DNA from: Clostridia bacterium
GTDB lineage: Bacteria; Bacillota; Clostridia; Oscillospirales; Acutalibacteraceae
Assembly: GCA_017623615.1 (NCBI GenBank)
Contig: JAGAOT010000014.1
Coordinates: 78,958 to 110,957, forward strand
Reading direction: 5' to 3'
DNA length: 32,000 nucleotides
Shown here piece by piece: positions 1 through 9,175 of the stretch (the first letter of the stretch is position 1; each line of letters begins with the position of its first letter). The position numbers and the translations under genes are program-made. Below the pieces are notes generated by a model. The model was not told where the DNA came from. It was given only the letters and a program-made list of their open reading frames with translations, and did not search any database.

Positions 1-2
1 AA

Positions 3-599
3 AACGATGCAATAAAAACCGCATGTGAAGCTCAAGGTATAACTTATATTTACGAAAGCTCACTTGACCCGATTTATCCCACACTCGGCAACGCAAGCAA
101 ATATATCAAGGAATCCGTTGCAAGGCTTATTAACAACAACGCTATCGAAGGCAAGGATGTTGTTCTTTTCTCGACAGACGGCACGGTTCAGTCCACTCTT
201 GTTGAGGTTGCAAACGAAAAAGGCTTCATTTATATCTGCCCCAGCTTCCCCACCGCGTATAACGGCATAGGCGAGGTTTATGAGGCGGCAATGCCCGAAA
301 GCGTTAACGACACGGCGGCATATATCGCAAGCCTCAAGGCAGCCGTTGAGGCTGACACGGCAGGCGCCGCAAGACTCAATGTTTACAGCTTCCCGCTTGC
401 ATCAAAGCTTCTCACCGGCGCACTCTACAGCGCATTTGATATCCTTAGCGGAACAACAACCGCAGATAACCTTGCAGAAAAGGTTCAGTCAAGAGTAAGC
501 GCGGCGGCTGATAACGAAAAATTCACCGTTGAAGCTTATAACACCGTTCTCAAAAACACATTCAAGGCATATTGCCCCGGATTTGAGAAGATTAAATAA
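3..599 (+). CDS. Solute/sugar-binding-protein-like lipoprotein, C-terminal part (5' end outside window)
   Basis: Frame 3 is open from the window edge to TAA 597-599; track ORF 291..599 is only its ATG-delimited tail. Translation (NDAIKTACEAQGITYIYES...VVLFSTDGTVQSTLVEVANEKGFIYICPSFP) has the strand/helix alternation of periplasmic-binding folds. Family (possibly DUF3798-type) is from memory only. Confidence 0.6.
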   Translation, partial: NDAIKTACEAQGITYIYESSLDPIYPTLGNASKYIKESVARLINNNAIEGKDVVLFSTDGTVQSTLVEVANEKGFIYICPSFPTAYNGIGEVYEAAMPESVNDTAAYIASLKAAVEADTAGAARLNVYSFPLASKLLTGALYSAFDILSGTTTADNLAEKVQSRVSAAADNEKFTVEAYNTVLKNTFKAYCPGFEKIK

Positions 600-600
600 G

Positions 601-645
601 AAAAACGAACGCCTCCGAGTTTGTGAAGCTCGGAGGCATTTTTTA
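601..645. terminator. Bidirectional intrinsic terminator between convergent genes
   Basis: 9-bp stem GCCTCCGAG (611-619) / CTCGGAGGC (629-637), with an A-run on the left and a T-run (639-644) on the right. Confidence 0.8.
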
Positions 646-2025
646 ATAATATTTCTTTAAATCCGAAAGCTGTTTTTCGCATTCTTCCCTGGTTATTTCG
701 CCGTTGTTGCAAAGAGCCAGCAAGCGGACATCCTTGTCGCGCAGCTTGTAACCGAAAATGAAAATCGGCAGGGCAATTACCGCGCCGACGGCGGTTAATG
801 CCGTAAAAGTGAGCCATACGGCGTTTTTGCCGATGGGGGTAACATTAGCGGAGTCAAAGCCGAGCGCACCGATAACGAGCATTGTAAGCGATGTTACAAC
901 CGCGCTGACAAGCTTTGAATTAAAGGTCTGGAGAGAGAAGCACATGCCCTCGTTGCGGCTGCCCGATTTATAATGACCGTATTCAACACAGTCGGGAGTA
1001 AAGAGGAAGCCGAGCACACCCATTCCGCCAAGGCCGAAGCCCCTCAAAACGGTTACGCCGTAAAGCACGGCAAGGCTTTCGTAGCCGATAAAATACTGTG
1101 CAACGGAAACCACCGCAAAAAGTGTTATCGCCGCAATATAAATATAAAACTTATCGATTTTCTGCGCGAGCTTCGGCATAACAAGCGCAACCAAAACAAT
1201 GGGACCCATTGCCGCAACCAAAAGACCCGTTGCAAGCGTTTCGTTGCCGAGAACATATTGGCTGAAAATCGGCACCAAAATCTGCACGCAGTTGGTAACC
1301 GAGAGGAAGAAAAGGCCGCAATAGAATATCAGCAAAAATTTGTTGCTGACAAGGTTTTTCAGAAGCTTTCCGACGGACGGCGATTCCTCGATAACCGCGT
1401 GGCTTCTCTCTTTTACCGTAAAGCAAATGGGAAGCATAAGCACAAAGCCGACCGCGGAAACGATTACGGCGGTTAAGCCGAAGCCGAGGTTAAGCCCGTT
1501 TTCGCCATACATCATAGGCACGGCGAGCATCGGCGCAAACGAGCCGAGAGTGCCCGTTATTCTGCCGAGCGAAAGAATTGCCGTTCTTTCCTGCGGGATT
1601 GGCGACATGGTGGTTGCAAGGGCAAAAATCGGAGCATCGCAGATTGTGTATGCGCTGTCCCAGAACACATAACCGATAATTACCCACGCGATTTTTGCAC
1701 CCTGCGGGATTGAAGCGGGCATAAGGAAAAGGGCGGCGGTTGCAATGGGAATAAATATGACGGACAGCCTAATCCACGGCAAAAATCTGCCCTTTTTAAA
1801 CTTGAGCTTGTCTATTATCACGCCGAAAATCGGGTCATTGACCGCATCCCATATTTTCGGGGCGAGGAGCACGGCGGCAATAAGCACCTCATCCATGCCG
1901 TTGTTGAGAAGATAGGTTGCAACAAAGCTTGTTACAAAGGTGTAGAATATATTCTGCGCAAAATAATATATTCCGTAGCTTGCTTTTTCACCGAAAGAGG
2001 TTACGAAACCGTTTTTATTTTTCAT
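643..2025 (-). CDS. MFS transporter, glycoside-pentoside-hexuronide (GPH) cation symporter family
   Basis: 460-aa polytopic ORF. N-terminal WDAVNDPIFGVIIDKLKFKKGRFLPW matches the GPH/MelB-type signature. SD GGAGG lies upstream of ATG 2025. Confidence 0.85.
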   Translation of the reverse strand: MKNKNGFVTSFGEKASYGIYYFAQNIFYTFVTSFVATYLLNNGMDEVLIAAVLLAPKIWDAVNDPIFGVIIDKLKFKKGRFLPWIRLSVIFIPIATAALFLMPASIPQGAKIAWVIIGYVFWDSAYTICDAPIFALATTMSPIPQERTAILSLGRITGTLGSFAPMLAVPMMYGENGLNLGFGLTAVIVSAVGFVLMLPICFTVKERSHAVIEESPSVGKLLKNLVSNKFLLIFYCGLFFLSVTNCVQILVPIFSQYVLGNETLATGLLVAAMGPIVLVALVMPKLAQKIDKFYIYIAAITLFAVVSVAQYFIGYESLAVLYGVTVLRGFGLGGMGVLGFLFTPDCVEYGHYKSGSRNEGMCFSLQTFNSKLVSAVVTSLTMLVIGALGFDSANVTPIGKNAVWLTFTALTAVGAVIALPIFIFGYKLRDKDVRLLALCNNGEITREECEKQLSDLKKYY

Positions 2026-2076
2026 GGTTTGCCTCCAAAATGTTATATTTTATTGTAACACCAAAAACAAATAAAA

Positions 2077-2688
2077 TTACAAATCGATTTTTCTGTCTTT
2101 ATAATAATAAATTTTGTCATGCTCACCTATTTCGCGAAGAACGCGGCAGGGATTGCCTACAGCAACAACATTTGCGGGGATATCCTTTGTAACAACGCTG
2201 CCCGCGCCGATAACGGAATTGTCGCCAATCGTGACGCCGGGCAAAACAACAGCACCCGCGCCAATCCAAACATTGTTTCCGATATGAATATCAAGGTTGA
2301 ACTGAAGCTGTTCGCGGCGAAGGTCGGGGTCAATGGGATGACCCGCCGTTGCGAGAATAACATTGGGCGCAAACATGCAGCCGTCGCCGATATAAATATG
2401 AGCATCATCAACAAGGGTTAAATTAAAGTTTGCATAAACGTTGTTTCCGAGATGCGTATTCTTACCGCCCCAATTCGAATGAAGCGGAGGCTCAATATAG
2501 CAGTTTTCACCGATGTCGCCGAACATTTCCTTAAGCATTTCGTTGCGTTTATCCATTTCGGACGGCTTTGTATTATTGAAATACCACAGCTTTTCAAGGC
2601 ATTTCATCTGCTCTTCCATTATGCTGTCATCATTTGGCTGATAAATACGCCCGCTTTCCATTCTTTCTCTGGATTCCTTTGCGTCCAT
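2077..2688 (-). CDS. Sugar (maltose/galactoside-type) O-acetyltransferase, hexapeptide-repeat family
   Basis: 203 aa. N-terminal Mac-type region (MESGRIYQPNDD...) followed by left-handed beta-helix hexapeptide repeats (IGNNVWIGAGAVVLPGVTIGDNSVIGAGSVV). SD GGAGG upstream. Sits 51 bp upstream of the GPH transporter, probably in one operon. Confidence 0.85.
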   Translation of the reverse strand: MDAKESRERMESGRIYQPNDDSIMEEQMKCLEKLWYFNNTKPSEMDKRNEMLKEMFGDIGENCYIEPPLHSNWGGKNTHLGNNVYANFNLTLVDDAHIYIGDGCMFAPNVILATAGHPIDPDLRREQLQFNLDIHIGNNVWIGAGAVVLPGVTIGDNSVIGAGSVVTKDIPANVVAVGNPCRVLREIGEHDKIYYYKDRKIDL

Positions 2689-2716
2689 AGTTACCTCCGA
2701 ACACCGTATTGATTGC

Positions 2717-2740
2717 GGGCGATTCGTGAAGCGCCCCTAC
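2717..2740 (-). repeat. Degenerate member of the GTAGGGG-hairpin intergenic repeat family
   Basis: Minus strand reads GTAGGGGCGCTTCACGAATCGCCC. It shares the GTAGGGG lead-in plus a GC hairpin with the copies at 6502-6528 and 10817-10843. Confidence 0.45.
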
Positions 2741-2775
2741 AAATGGATTTTAACATAACAAACAACATATTTCAA

Positions 2776-2814
2776 CAAAAAGTAATACGGCAGCCTGCAA
2801 ATAACAGACTGCCG
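2776..2814 (-). terminator. Intrinsic terminator after the BlaR1-like gene
   Basis: Stem CGGCAGCCTGC (2788-2798) / CAGACTGCCG (2805-2814) with one wobble. On the minus strand it is followed by ATTACTTTTTG. Confidence 0.65.
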
Positions 2815-2819
2815 TGTTC

Positions 2820-5800
2820 TTATTCAAATCGGTATGATAACATAATGTCTATCAATTCACCTGTAGGAGGATTACCGGACTCGAATTTATGTTTATAAAT
2901 AATCGAAACAGTATCACCGATTTTCCAGTCTTCAATATTGTCAACTTTAAAGGCAACAACATCGGAGCCGTATTTTTTACTGCTGTACCCATCAAGATTG
3001 TTACGTTCAGCATTAACTATTATATAATCCCCAGACTTATCAAGAATTCTGTTTTGAGTCATTCCTATTTCATCGCGCTTATATCTTATAAACTCTGTGC
3101 CGTCAGCATCATAGAATATAGTTTCTTCCAAAGTCCACGCCATGATTCTGTTATTCGAAATGAACTCAAGATTTAAATATTCCTCGGTAATCTTGTTTCC
3201 GTCCAAATCAACAAGCCAGAATTTTTCATTATTATGATTATTGTCTTCCCACTTACAGCCAATGCCGACTTTTGCATTTTCAGCATAAGTGATGTAAGTG
3301 AACTCGCCCACAGGACAAATGACACTTCCGTCTGCGCCGTAAATTTCCACAACATCCGTCGGCTCAACGCCGTTAAGCTGACCTTTTCTTGCAAGAATGC
3401 GTTCCGCGCTCAAAAATTTAATTTCATTATACTCGCAAGGAACAACAACCTCAAAATCGGCATTGACCGCGCCGTAGGTAACTTTGTTGTTTTCGTATTT
3501 TGTTACAAGCTGCAAACCGCCCGCCGCCGGCTCACCGAGCGGCTTTAAGTTTTTATCTCTCGTTTCGATAACATTGCATTTGCTGTCAAAGACATAGAGC
3601 GTGCCATCCTTAACGCCCTCAAATTCGCCGAGAAGCGAGTTAAGCTTCAGCCTGTCATAATCATCGGGGGCAATTATGGTTTTACCCTCCAAATCCGTAA
3701 CATATGCTTTTTCGCTGAAAGGCTCGATATAAAGCGCGTCAGCTATGCTTGCTTCGCCGCTGGTAAGCGGATAAATCATGCCGCGGAAATAGGGAATTAT
3801 CTCTGTGCCGTCGCCGTGAATAAGCGCGGAGCGTATTGTTTCACCGCTGCTTTGGATAACATAAGCATCGGAATCCACCCATGTTGAGGTTGTGTCGCCG
3901 AAATAATCCATAGCCTTTCTTTCGCAATAATAGCCAAGGCTTTCCGAATCGACACTTGTGTTATTTATGAGATTTTCCAAAACAGAAAAATTCTCATTAC
4001 TAATGTCCTTGCCCATCTCAGCAAATTCATTAAGCACAAACTCTTCGCCGCTGTAATTGAATGTTATAACTGCGGTGTTGCCCGTTTCACCTTCCATACG
4101 AGGCTCACCCTCATAATAACTGTAAGATTGATAAACATACTGCACATATGCCTTGACATTGGGCACGCTGTCAAAATAATCGGTGCGCAAAATAACAAAG
4201 CTGTTGAAGCCGTATTCGCCCCCATGGCTTTTTCTGTGGCGTTCATTTATCGCCTTTGAAATTGCATCATCCAAAGAATATGCCTTGTTCAGCCTGAAAG
4301 CCTCAGAATAAAGGAAATCATCCAAAGAGTAATAGTTTGTGCCGAGAACGCAGATATAAATTTCGCGCCTGTCCTCACCCTGCGGACCCGTTACGGGGGA
4401 TTTTCGGTCAACAATAAGAAAATCGTCATAAGAATACGCGGCGCAATTATCCACGCCGTATTTTTCTTTGATGCATCTGCCGAGCAGAGCATCCTCGGCG
4501 GCGTTTTGGGCGATTGTTTCGGCAGTTATCAAGCCGTCAACAAGAGCTTCTCTCAATTCAACCGTTTTGCCGTTGATATTAATATTGACCTCGGACAAGC
4601 CGAAATAATAAATATCAAGGCTGTATTTTTTCTCAAGCTCACCGTAGGTTACTTCTTTGACGGACTGTTCTCCGCTTTCAACAACTTTAAAAATATTCTG
4701 CCCGAAGCCGTCAACCCCGTTTTTTTCGGTCAGTCTGAACACATCCATTGCATATTCGCTTCGCGGAAGCCGCCCGCAGATTATATCACCGTTGCGCATA
4801 AGCAGCAGCACATGTGTCATAACACCCTGCTCCGCATCAAGGGTGAATTCGTGCATATACGCCTTGCTGAAACCGATTATTCGGTGATATAGCGGCAGCT
4901 CGTAAACGACCATATCAACAAGTTCATTTTCTGTTTCTTCAAGCAGTGCAAGAGTACCGATTTCATCGACATAGCCGCCGTTAATCTTTGCCATCATTAA
5001 ATCATCGGAAATGCTGTAGCGTAAGTTTTGCTCCACCAGCTTCCTGCCGTCAACAACCGATGAATGATAATATTTGCTTACCTCATAAACCTTGCCGCCT
5101 ATGTCGGAATTTGACGGATTAGTCATGAAGCATACCGCGGCAATAATGCTTATCACAACCGCCGCAACTATAACCCAAAACGCAGGCTTTTTATAGCTTA
5201 AAACATTTTTTATTCTGTCCTTAACGCCGACCTCGCCGAATGCAACGGGGCATGCGGTAATCATTTTGCGCGGAACGCTGCAGGAAAGCAGAGCCTCGGA
5301 ATAGCTCTTTTTTGACTCCTCACCCATCGACTTTATTACCCGCTCATCGCACGCAAGCTCGATATCACGGCAAAGAAGAATATACGCTGCCCAAATGAGC
5401 GGATTAAACCAATAAGCGGTCAAAACAAAAAATCCGAGCGGCTTCCACCAATGGTCGCGGCGTTTAAGATGCGCCTTTTCGTGGGCTATAACATATTGCC
5501 TCTGCTCCTCGGGCATGGCGGAGGGCAAATATATTTTCGGCTTTATTATGCCGAGAATAAACGGGCTTGAAATGCCGTCGCAAAGCAAAATGCTGCCGTC
5601 GAGGGGCATTGAAATTTTAACCCTTCTGCGGATTCTGATATAGCTTACAAGGCTGTAGATAAGCAAAGCCGCAACGCCGACAATCCAGATTGCCGATGCA
5701 ACGGCGGTTACAATCCGCATGGGATTTACGCTTTCGGTATAGTCCGGAGCAAAATTTTGCGAAATTATCGGATTAACCGCTTGGTTAACCGCCGAAATGC

Positions 5801-6044
5801 CGCTGTTGATGCTCGGCAAATCGGAATACCCTATATTCGGCGGCACGGTTTCCGCGCTCGGAATAAGGCTGAGCACGCTTTCAAATGAAAACGGGCACAA
5901 AAGCCTTACGCCGACAAGCGCCCACAGCGCGCAGTTAATCCATTTTGGGGCTTTTTTGAAAACAAATCGAATAAGTATAACCGCCAAGATAAGCCAAGAA
6001 GCGGTTATGCTCATGTTGAACATTTTCAGAAAAACAGCTTCCAT
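2820..6044 (-). CDS. BlaR1/MecR1-family M56 zinc-metalloprotease signal transducer with ~770-aa non-canonical extracellular domain
   Basis: 1074 aa. N-terminal TM segments and the M56 motif VIAHEKAHLKRRDHWWKP (HExxH), with a further TM near aa 285-305 (AFWVIVAAVVISIIAAVCFM). The long C-terminal region has WG-repeat-like segments (KFWLVDLDGNKITEEY, AVNADFEVVVPCEYNEIKF). Its ATG 6042-6044 lies 2 nt from the blaI-like stop. Confidence 0.85.
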   Translation of the reverse strand: MEAVFLKMFNMSITASWLILAVILIRFVFKKAPKWINCALWALVGVRLLCPFSFESVLSLIPSAETVPPNIGYSDLPSINSGISAVNQAVNPIISQNFAPDYTESVNPMRIVTAVASAIWIVGVAALLIYSLVSYIRIRRRVKISMPLDGSILLCDGISSPFILGIIKPKIYLPSAMPEEQRQYVIAHEKAHLKRRDHWWKPLGFFVLTAYWFNPLIWAAYILLCRDIELACDERVIKSMGEESKKSYSEALLSCSVPRKMITACPVAFGEVGVKDRIKNVLSYKKPAFWVIVAAVVISIIAAVCFMTNPSNSDIGGKVYEVSKYYHSSVVDGRKLVEQNLRYSISDDLMMAKINGGYVDEIGTLALLEETENELVDMVVYELPLYHRIIGFSKAYMHEFTLDAEQGVMTHVLLLMRNGDIICGRLPRSEYAMDVFRLTEKNGVDGFGQNIFKVVESGEQSVKEVTYGELEKKYSLDIYYFGLSEVNININGKTVELREALVDGLITAETIAQNAAEDALLGRCIKEKYGVDNCAAYSYDDFLIVDRKSPVTGPQGEDRREIYICVLGTNYYSLDDFLYSEAFRLNKAYSLDDAISKAINERHRKSHGGEYGFNSFVILRTDYFDSVPNVKAYVQYVYQSYSYYEGEPRMEGETGNTAVITFNYSGEEFVLNEFAEMGKDISNENFSVLENLINNTSVDSESLGYYCERKAMDYFGDTTSTWVDSDAYVIQSSGETIRSALIHGDGTEIIPYFRGMIYPLTSGEASIADALYIEPFSEKAYVTDLEGKTIIAPDDYDRLKLNSLLGEFEGVKDGTLYVFDSKCNVIETRDKNLKPLGEPAAGGLQLVTKYENNKVTYGAVNADFEVVVPCEYNEIKFLSAERILARKGQLNGVEPTDVVEIYGADGSVICPVGEFTYITYAENAKVGIGCKWEDNNHNNEKFWLVDLDGNKITEEYLNLEFISNNRIMAWTLEETIFYDADGTEFIRYKRDEIGMTQNRILDKSGDYIIVNAERNNLDGYSSKKYGSDVVAFKVDNIEDWKIGDTVSIIYKHKFESGNPPTGELIDIMLSYRFE

Positions 6045-6046
6045 AA

Positions 6047-6409
6047 TCAGCCCTCCCCGTAAGAATCAATCATTTTGCGGATTTCGGAAATCTCATGCGC
6101 AGAGAGCTTTTTACGGGATGAAAACGCGGCGATAAACGCGGGCAACGAGCCTTTGAATGCATCATCAACGAACTTTTCGCTTTGAATGGCAAAGAATTCG
6201 TCTTTTGTCATCAGCGACGTTACCGCCCCGTTTTCATTTTTGAAAATCCCCCGTTCGCAGAGCTTTCGCAAAACCGTGTAGGTTGTTGACTTTTTCCAAT
6301 TCAGCTCTTTTTCGCAAAGCTTAACAAGCTCGCCTGAAGCGATTGGCTCATTCTGCCATATTATATCGGCAAAATGCTCCTCAACAACGCCCAATTTAAT
6401 ATCTTCCAT
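6047..6409 (-). CDS. BlaI/MecI/CopY-family winged-helix transcriptional repressor
   Basis: 120 aa with typical family length and text (VEEHFADIIWQNEPIASGELVKLCEKELNWKKSTTYTVLRKLCERGI). SD AAGGAGGAG upstream. Translationally adjacent to the M56 sensor. Confidence 0.85.
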   Translation of the reverse strand: MEDIKLGVVEEHFADIIWQNEPIASGELVKLCEKELNWKKSTTYTVLRKLCERGIFKNENGAVTSLMTKDEFFAIQSEKFVDDAFKGSLPAFIAAFSSRKKLSAHEISEIRKMIDSYGEG

Positions 6410-6501
6410 CTTTTCTCCTCCTTTCGGTTTATCGTTAATAAACCTCTACTTTTAGTTTATCAGCGATAGACCGATTTGTCAAGAGGTATTAGAAAAAATC
6501 A

Positions 6502-6528
6502 AGGGTCGATGTGGGCATCGACCCCTAC
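6502..6528 (-). repeat. GC-rich palindromic intergenic repeat (REP-like), acting here as a second terminator
   Basis: Plus strand AGGGTCGATGTGGGCATCGACCCCTAC, with a perfect 9-bp hairpin GGGTCGATG/CATCGACCC. On the minus strand it is followed by TTGATTTTTTCT. It matches 10817-10843 at 26 of 27 positions. Confidence 0.7.
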
Positions 6529-6539
6529 ATTTTCAAAAA

Positions 6540-6571
6540 GAAAAACGGCCTGCACTAAATATGCAAGCCGT
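6540..6571 (-). terminator. Intrinsic terminator directly after the acyl-CoA-synthetase fusion gene
   Basis: Stem ACGGCCTGCA (6545-6554) / TGCAAGCCGT (6562-6571) with one wobble, and a T-run on the minus strand (plus-strand A-run 6541-6545). Confidence 0.7.
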
Positions 6572-6577
6572 TTGTTT

Positions 6578-8863
6578 TTATTTGCCTGTCCTAAGGTCTA
6601 CACGGCGGATTTTGCCGCTGATTGTCTTGGGCAAATCGTCTCTGAATTCAACGATTCTGGGGTATTTATAGGGAGCGGTATGTGTTTTAACATATTCCTG
6701 GATTTCCTTTTTGAGTTCGTCTGTGCCGACGGTGCCTTTGGTTAAAACAACAGAAGCTTTAACAATCTGACCTCTTACTTCGTCAGGAACGGGAGTAACT
6801 GCACATTCAAGAACATAGGGAAGTTCCATAATAACACTTTCAATTTCGAAGGGTCCTATACGGTAGCCTGATGACTTGATAACGTCATCGATACGGCCAA
6901 CATACCAAAGATAACCGTCTTCGTCCATTGTTGCGGTATCGCCTGTATGATAATAGCCGTCGTGCCATACATCGTTTGTTTTTTCTTCATCAAGATAGTA
7001 GCCTATAAACAAGCCGCAGGGAACGTTATCCTTTGTACGGATACAGATTTCACCGGTGTCACCTGTTTTGCATTCATTGCCGTCGGGGTCGAGAACAACA
7101 ACATCATAAAGAGGGCTGGGTTTACCCATTGAGCCTATTTTGGGAGTTGAACCAACGAAATTCGCAATAGAAAGAGTTGTTTCGGTCTGACCGAAGCCTT
7201 CCATAATGGTAAGACCCGTTGCCTTCTTGAACTGATTGAAAACCTCGGGATTAAGAGCTTCACCTGCTGTTGTTGCATATTCGATTGAAGAAAGGTCATA
7301 CTTTGACAAATCTTCTTTGATGAAGAATCTGTACATCGTGGGAGGTGCGCAGAAGGTTGTTATATTATACTTCTTGAAAAGAGGAAGAATATCGTCTGAA
7401 TGGAATCTGTCGAAGTCATATGTGAATACACCTGCTTCGCAAAGCCACTGACCATAGAGCTTGCCCCAGAGTGCTTTACCCCAGCCTGTATCTGAAATTG
7501 TGAAATGAAGGCCGTCGGGATTAACATTATGCCAATGCCTTGCAGTGGGATAATGACCGAGAGCATATTTGTATGAATGGGTTGCAATGCGAGGATAGCC
7601 CGTTGTGCCCGATGTGAAAAGCATAAGCATGGGGTCGTTGCCGCAAGGTGAGTTTTCGTTGCGGAAGAAATGGGTGCTGAAGCGTTCCATTTCAACGTTG
7701 AAATCATTCCAACCGTCTTTCTTGCCGCCAACAAGAACTTTTATCATTTCGGGGAACTCTGCTGCAGCCTTTTCCGCTTCGGCAGAAACATCACCGTCTG
7801 CGGTACAAACGATTGCTTTTACGCCGGCAGCTTTATATCTGTATGTAAAATCGTGTTCAACAAGCTGATTTGTTGCGGGAATTGCGATTGCACCAATCTT
7901 ATGAAGAGCAAGCATACAGAACCAGAACTGGTAGTGACGCTTAAGAACAAGCATAACCGTATCGCCTTTTTTGATTCCGAGAGATTCAAAATAGTTGGCG
8001 GTTTTTGCCGAATATTTCTTCATATCGCTGAATGTGAATCTGCGTTCGGATTTATCGTTTCCGACCCACATCATAGCGAGCTTATCGGGTGTTTTTGCCG
8101 CAATTTCATCAACACAGTCAAATGCGAAATTGAATTTGTCTTCATTTTTAAATGAAATACCGCTGAATACACCGTTTTCATCATAGTATGATTCAATGAA
8201 ATTATCGGCAACGGTTGTTTTGGAACTCTTTTCTGAAGATGAGGTTTTAGCTGAAACATCGGGAGTTTCGGGATATTCCTCGCTCACCTGACCATTCTGA
8301 GGATTAAGAACAACAGCGTGGAATTCACAACCGCCTTCGCTTACGGCTATCATACCGTGAGGTATAAGGCTGTTATAGAAAATTGAATCGCCCTCATTAA
8401 GGATATCAACATGGTTGCCAACCTGAACCTTAAGCGAACCCTTAACGATAACATCAAACTCCTGACCGTTATGGGAGCTGAGTTTTATGGGTGCGTTCTG
8501 TTCCTCTTCAAGATAAGGGAATTTAACAAGGAAAGGCTCCGCAAGCTTTTCCTTGAATTTGGGTGCAAGGTTATTATAGATATAGCCTTTTTTCTTGATG
8601 ATTTTGGCACCTTCGCCTTTTCTTGTTATTGCAAAAGATGTAAGAGTTGAGCTTCTGCCTTCGAGAATATCAACAACCTCAACGCCGCAAGCCTTTGCAC
8701 ATTTATAAATGAATGTAAAGCTGAAATCGGTTTCGCCCTGTTCAAGAATTTTATAATCCTCAACCGATACGCCCGTAAGCTTTGCAAGCTCTTCCTGCGA
8801 ATAACCTGTTACTTCACGCAAATCTTTGATTCTGCCGGCAACCTCTTTCAAATTGTAGTCCAT
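6578..8863 (-). CDS. Fusion protein: XRE-type HTH + cupin domain + AMP-forming acyl-CoA synthetase/ligase (ACSM-like)
   Basis: HTH text LKEVAGRIKDLREVTGYSQEELAKLTGVSVEDYKILEQG. Cupin text DVIVKGSLKVQVGNHVDILNEGDSIFYNSLIPHGM. Adenylation motifs MLFTSGTTGYPR, YHTGD and the C-terminal SGKIRR. Start moved to ATG 8863 (MDYNLKE) because SD AAAGGAG (8872-8878) precedes it; the track start 8884 has no SD. Confidence 0.85.
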   Translation of the reverse strand: MDYNLKEVAGRIKDLREVTGYSQEELAKLTGVSVEDYKILEQGETDFSFTFIYKCAKACGVEVVDILEGRSSTLTSFAITRKGEGAKIIKKKGYIYNNLAPKFKEKLAEPFLVKFPYLEEEQNAPIKLSSHNGQEFDVIVKGSLKVQVGNHVDILNEGDSIFYNSLIPHGMIAVSEGGCEFHAVVLNPQNGQVSEEYPETPDVSAKTSSSEKSSKTTVADNFIESYYDENGVFSGISFKNEDKFNFAFDCVDEIAAKTPDKLAMMWVGNDKSERRFTFSDMKKYSAKTANYFESLGIKKGDTVMLVLKRHYQFWFCMLALHKIGAIAIPATNQLVEHDFTYRYKAAGVKAIVCTADGDVSAEAEKAAAEFPEMIKVLVGGKKDGWNDFNVEMERFSTHFFRNENSPCGNDPMLMLFTSGTTGYPRIATHSYKYALGHYPTARHWHNVNPDGLHFTISDTGWGKALWGKLYGQWLCEAGVFTYDFDRFHSDDILPLFKKYNITTFCAPPTMYRFFIKEDLSKYDLSSIEYATTAGEALNPEVFNQFKKATGLTIMEGFGQTETTLSIANFVGSTPKIGSMGKPSPLYDVVVLDPDGNECKTGDTGEICIRTKDNVPCGLFIGYYLDEEKTNDVWHDGYYHTGDTATMDEDGYLWYVGRIDDVIKSSGYRIGPFEIESVIMELPYVLECAVTPVPDEVRGQIVKASVVLTKGTVGTDELKKEIQEYVKTHTAPYKYPRIVEFRDDLPKTISGKIRRVDLRTGK

Positions 8864-8901
8864 ATTTTTTGCTCCTTTCATCAAATTTGCTTTGAGAAAA
8901 A

Positions 8902-9168
8902 CAAAAAACGTCCCAAAGCAATAAATTTGCTTTGAGACGAGTAAAATCTAACCCGCGGTACCACTCAAATTGCGCTTTTGCGCCGCTCAACGGACTCCAA
9001 CAAGCCCTGCACCTTAACGCGGTGACCACGGAAGCTGTCTACTGACCGAACGGCTTTCGGAGCTTCGGCTCGGAAGGGATAGCCTTGAACTGTTTCGCTG
9101 ACGGCTCGCACCAAACGCCGCCTCTCTGAAAGCTCTGCAATTCCGCCTTCTTCGTCATAGCTTTTCTT
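8902..9168 (-). promoter_or_regulatory. T-box riboswitch leader (tRNA-sensing transcription antitermination); tentative GCU (Ala) specifier
   Basis: Minus strand shows an AGAGAG bulge and a GGTGCGA distal loop closed by GGCGGC/GCCGTC. The T-box sequence AATTTGAGTGGTACCGCGGG is at 8952-8971. A 12-bp terminator GTCTCAAAGCAA/TTGCTTTGGGAC (8910-8938) is followed by GTTTTTTG. TTTGAG/CTCAAA antiterminator pairing is possible. Candidate specifier loop is AAG-GCT-A (GCT = 9081-9083). Confidence 0.85.
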
Positions 9169-9175
9169 GTGTGAT

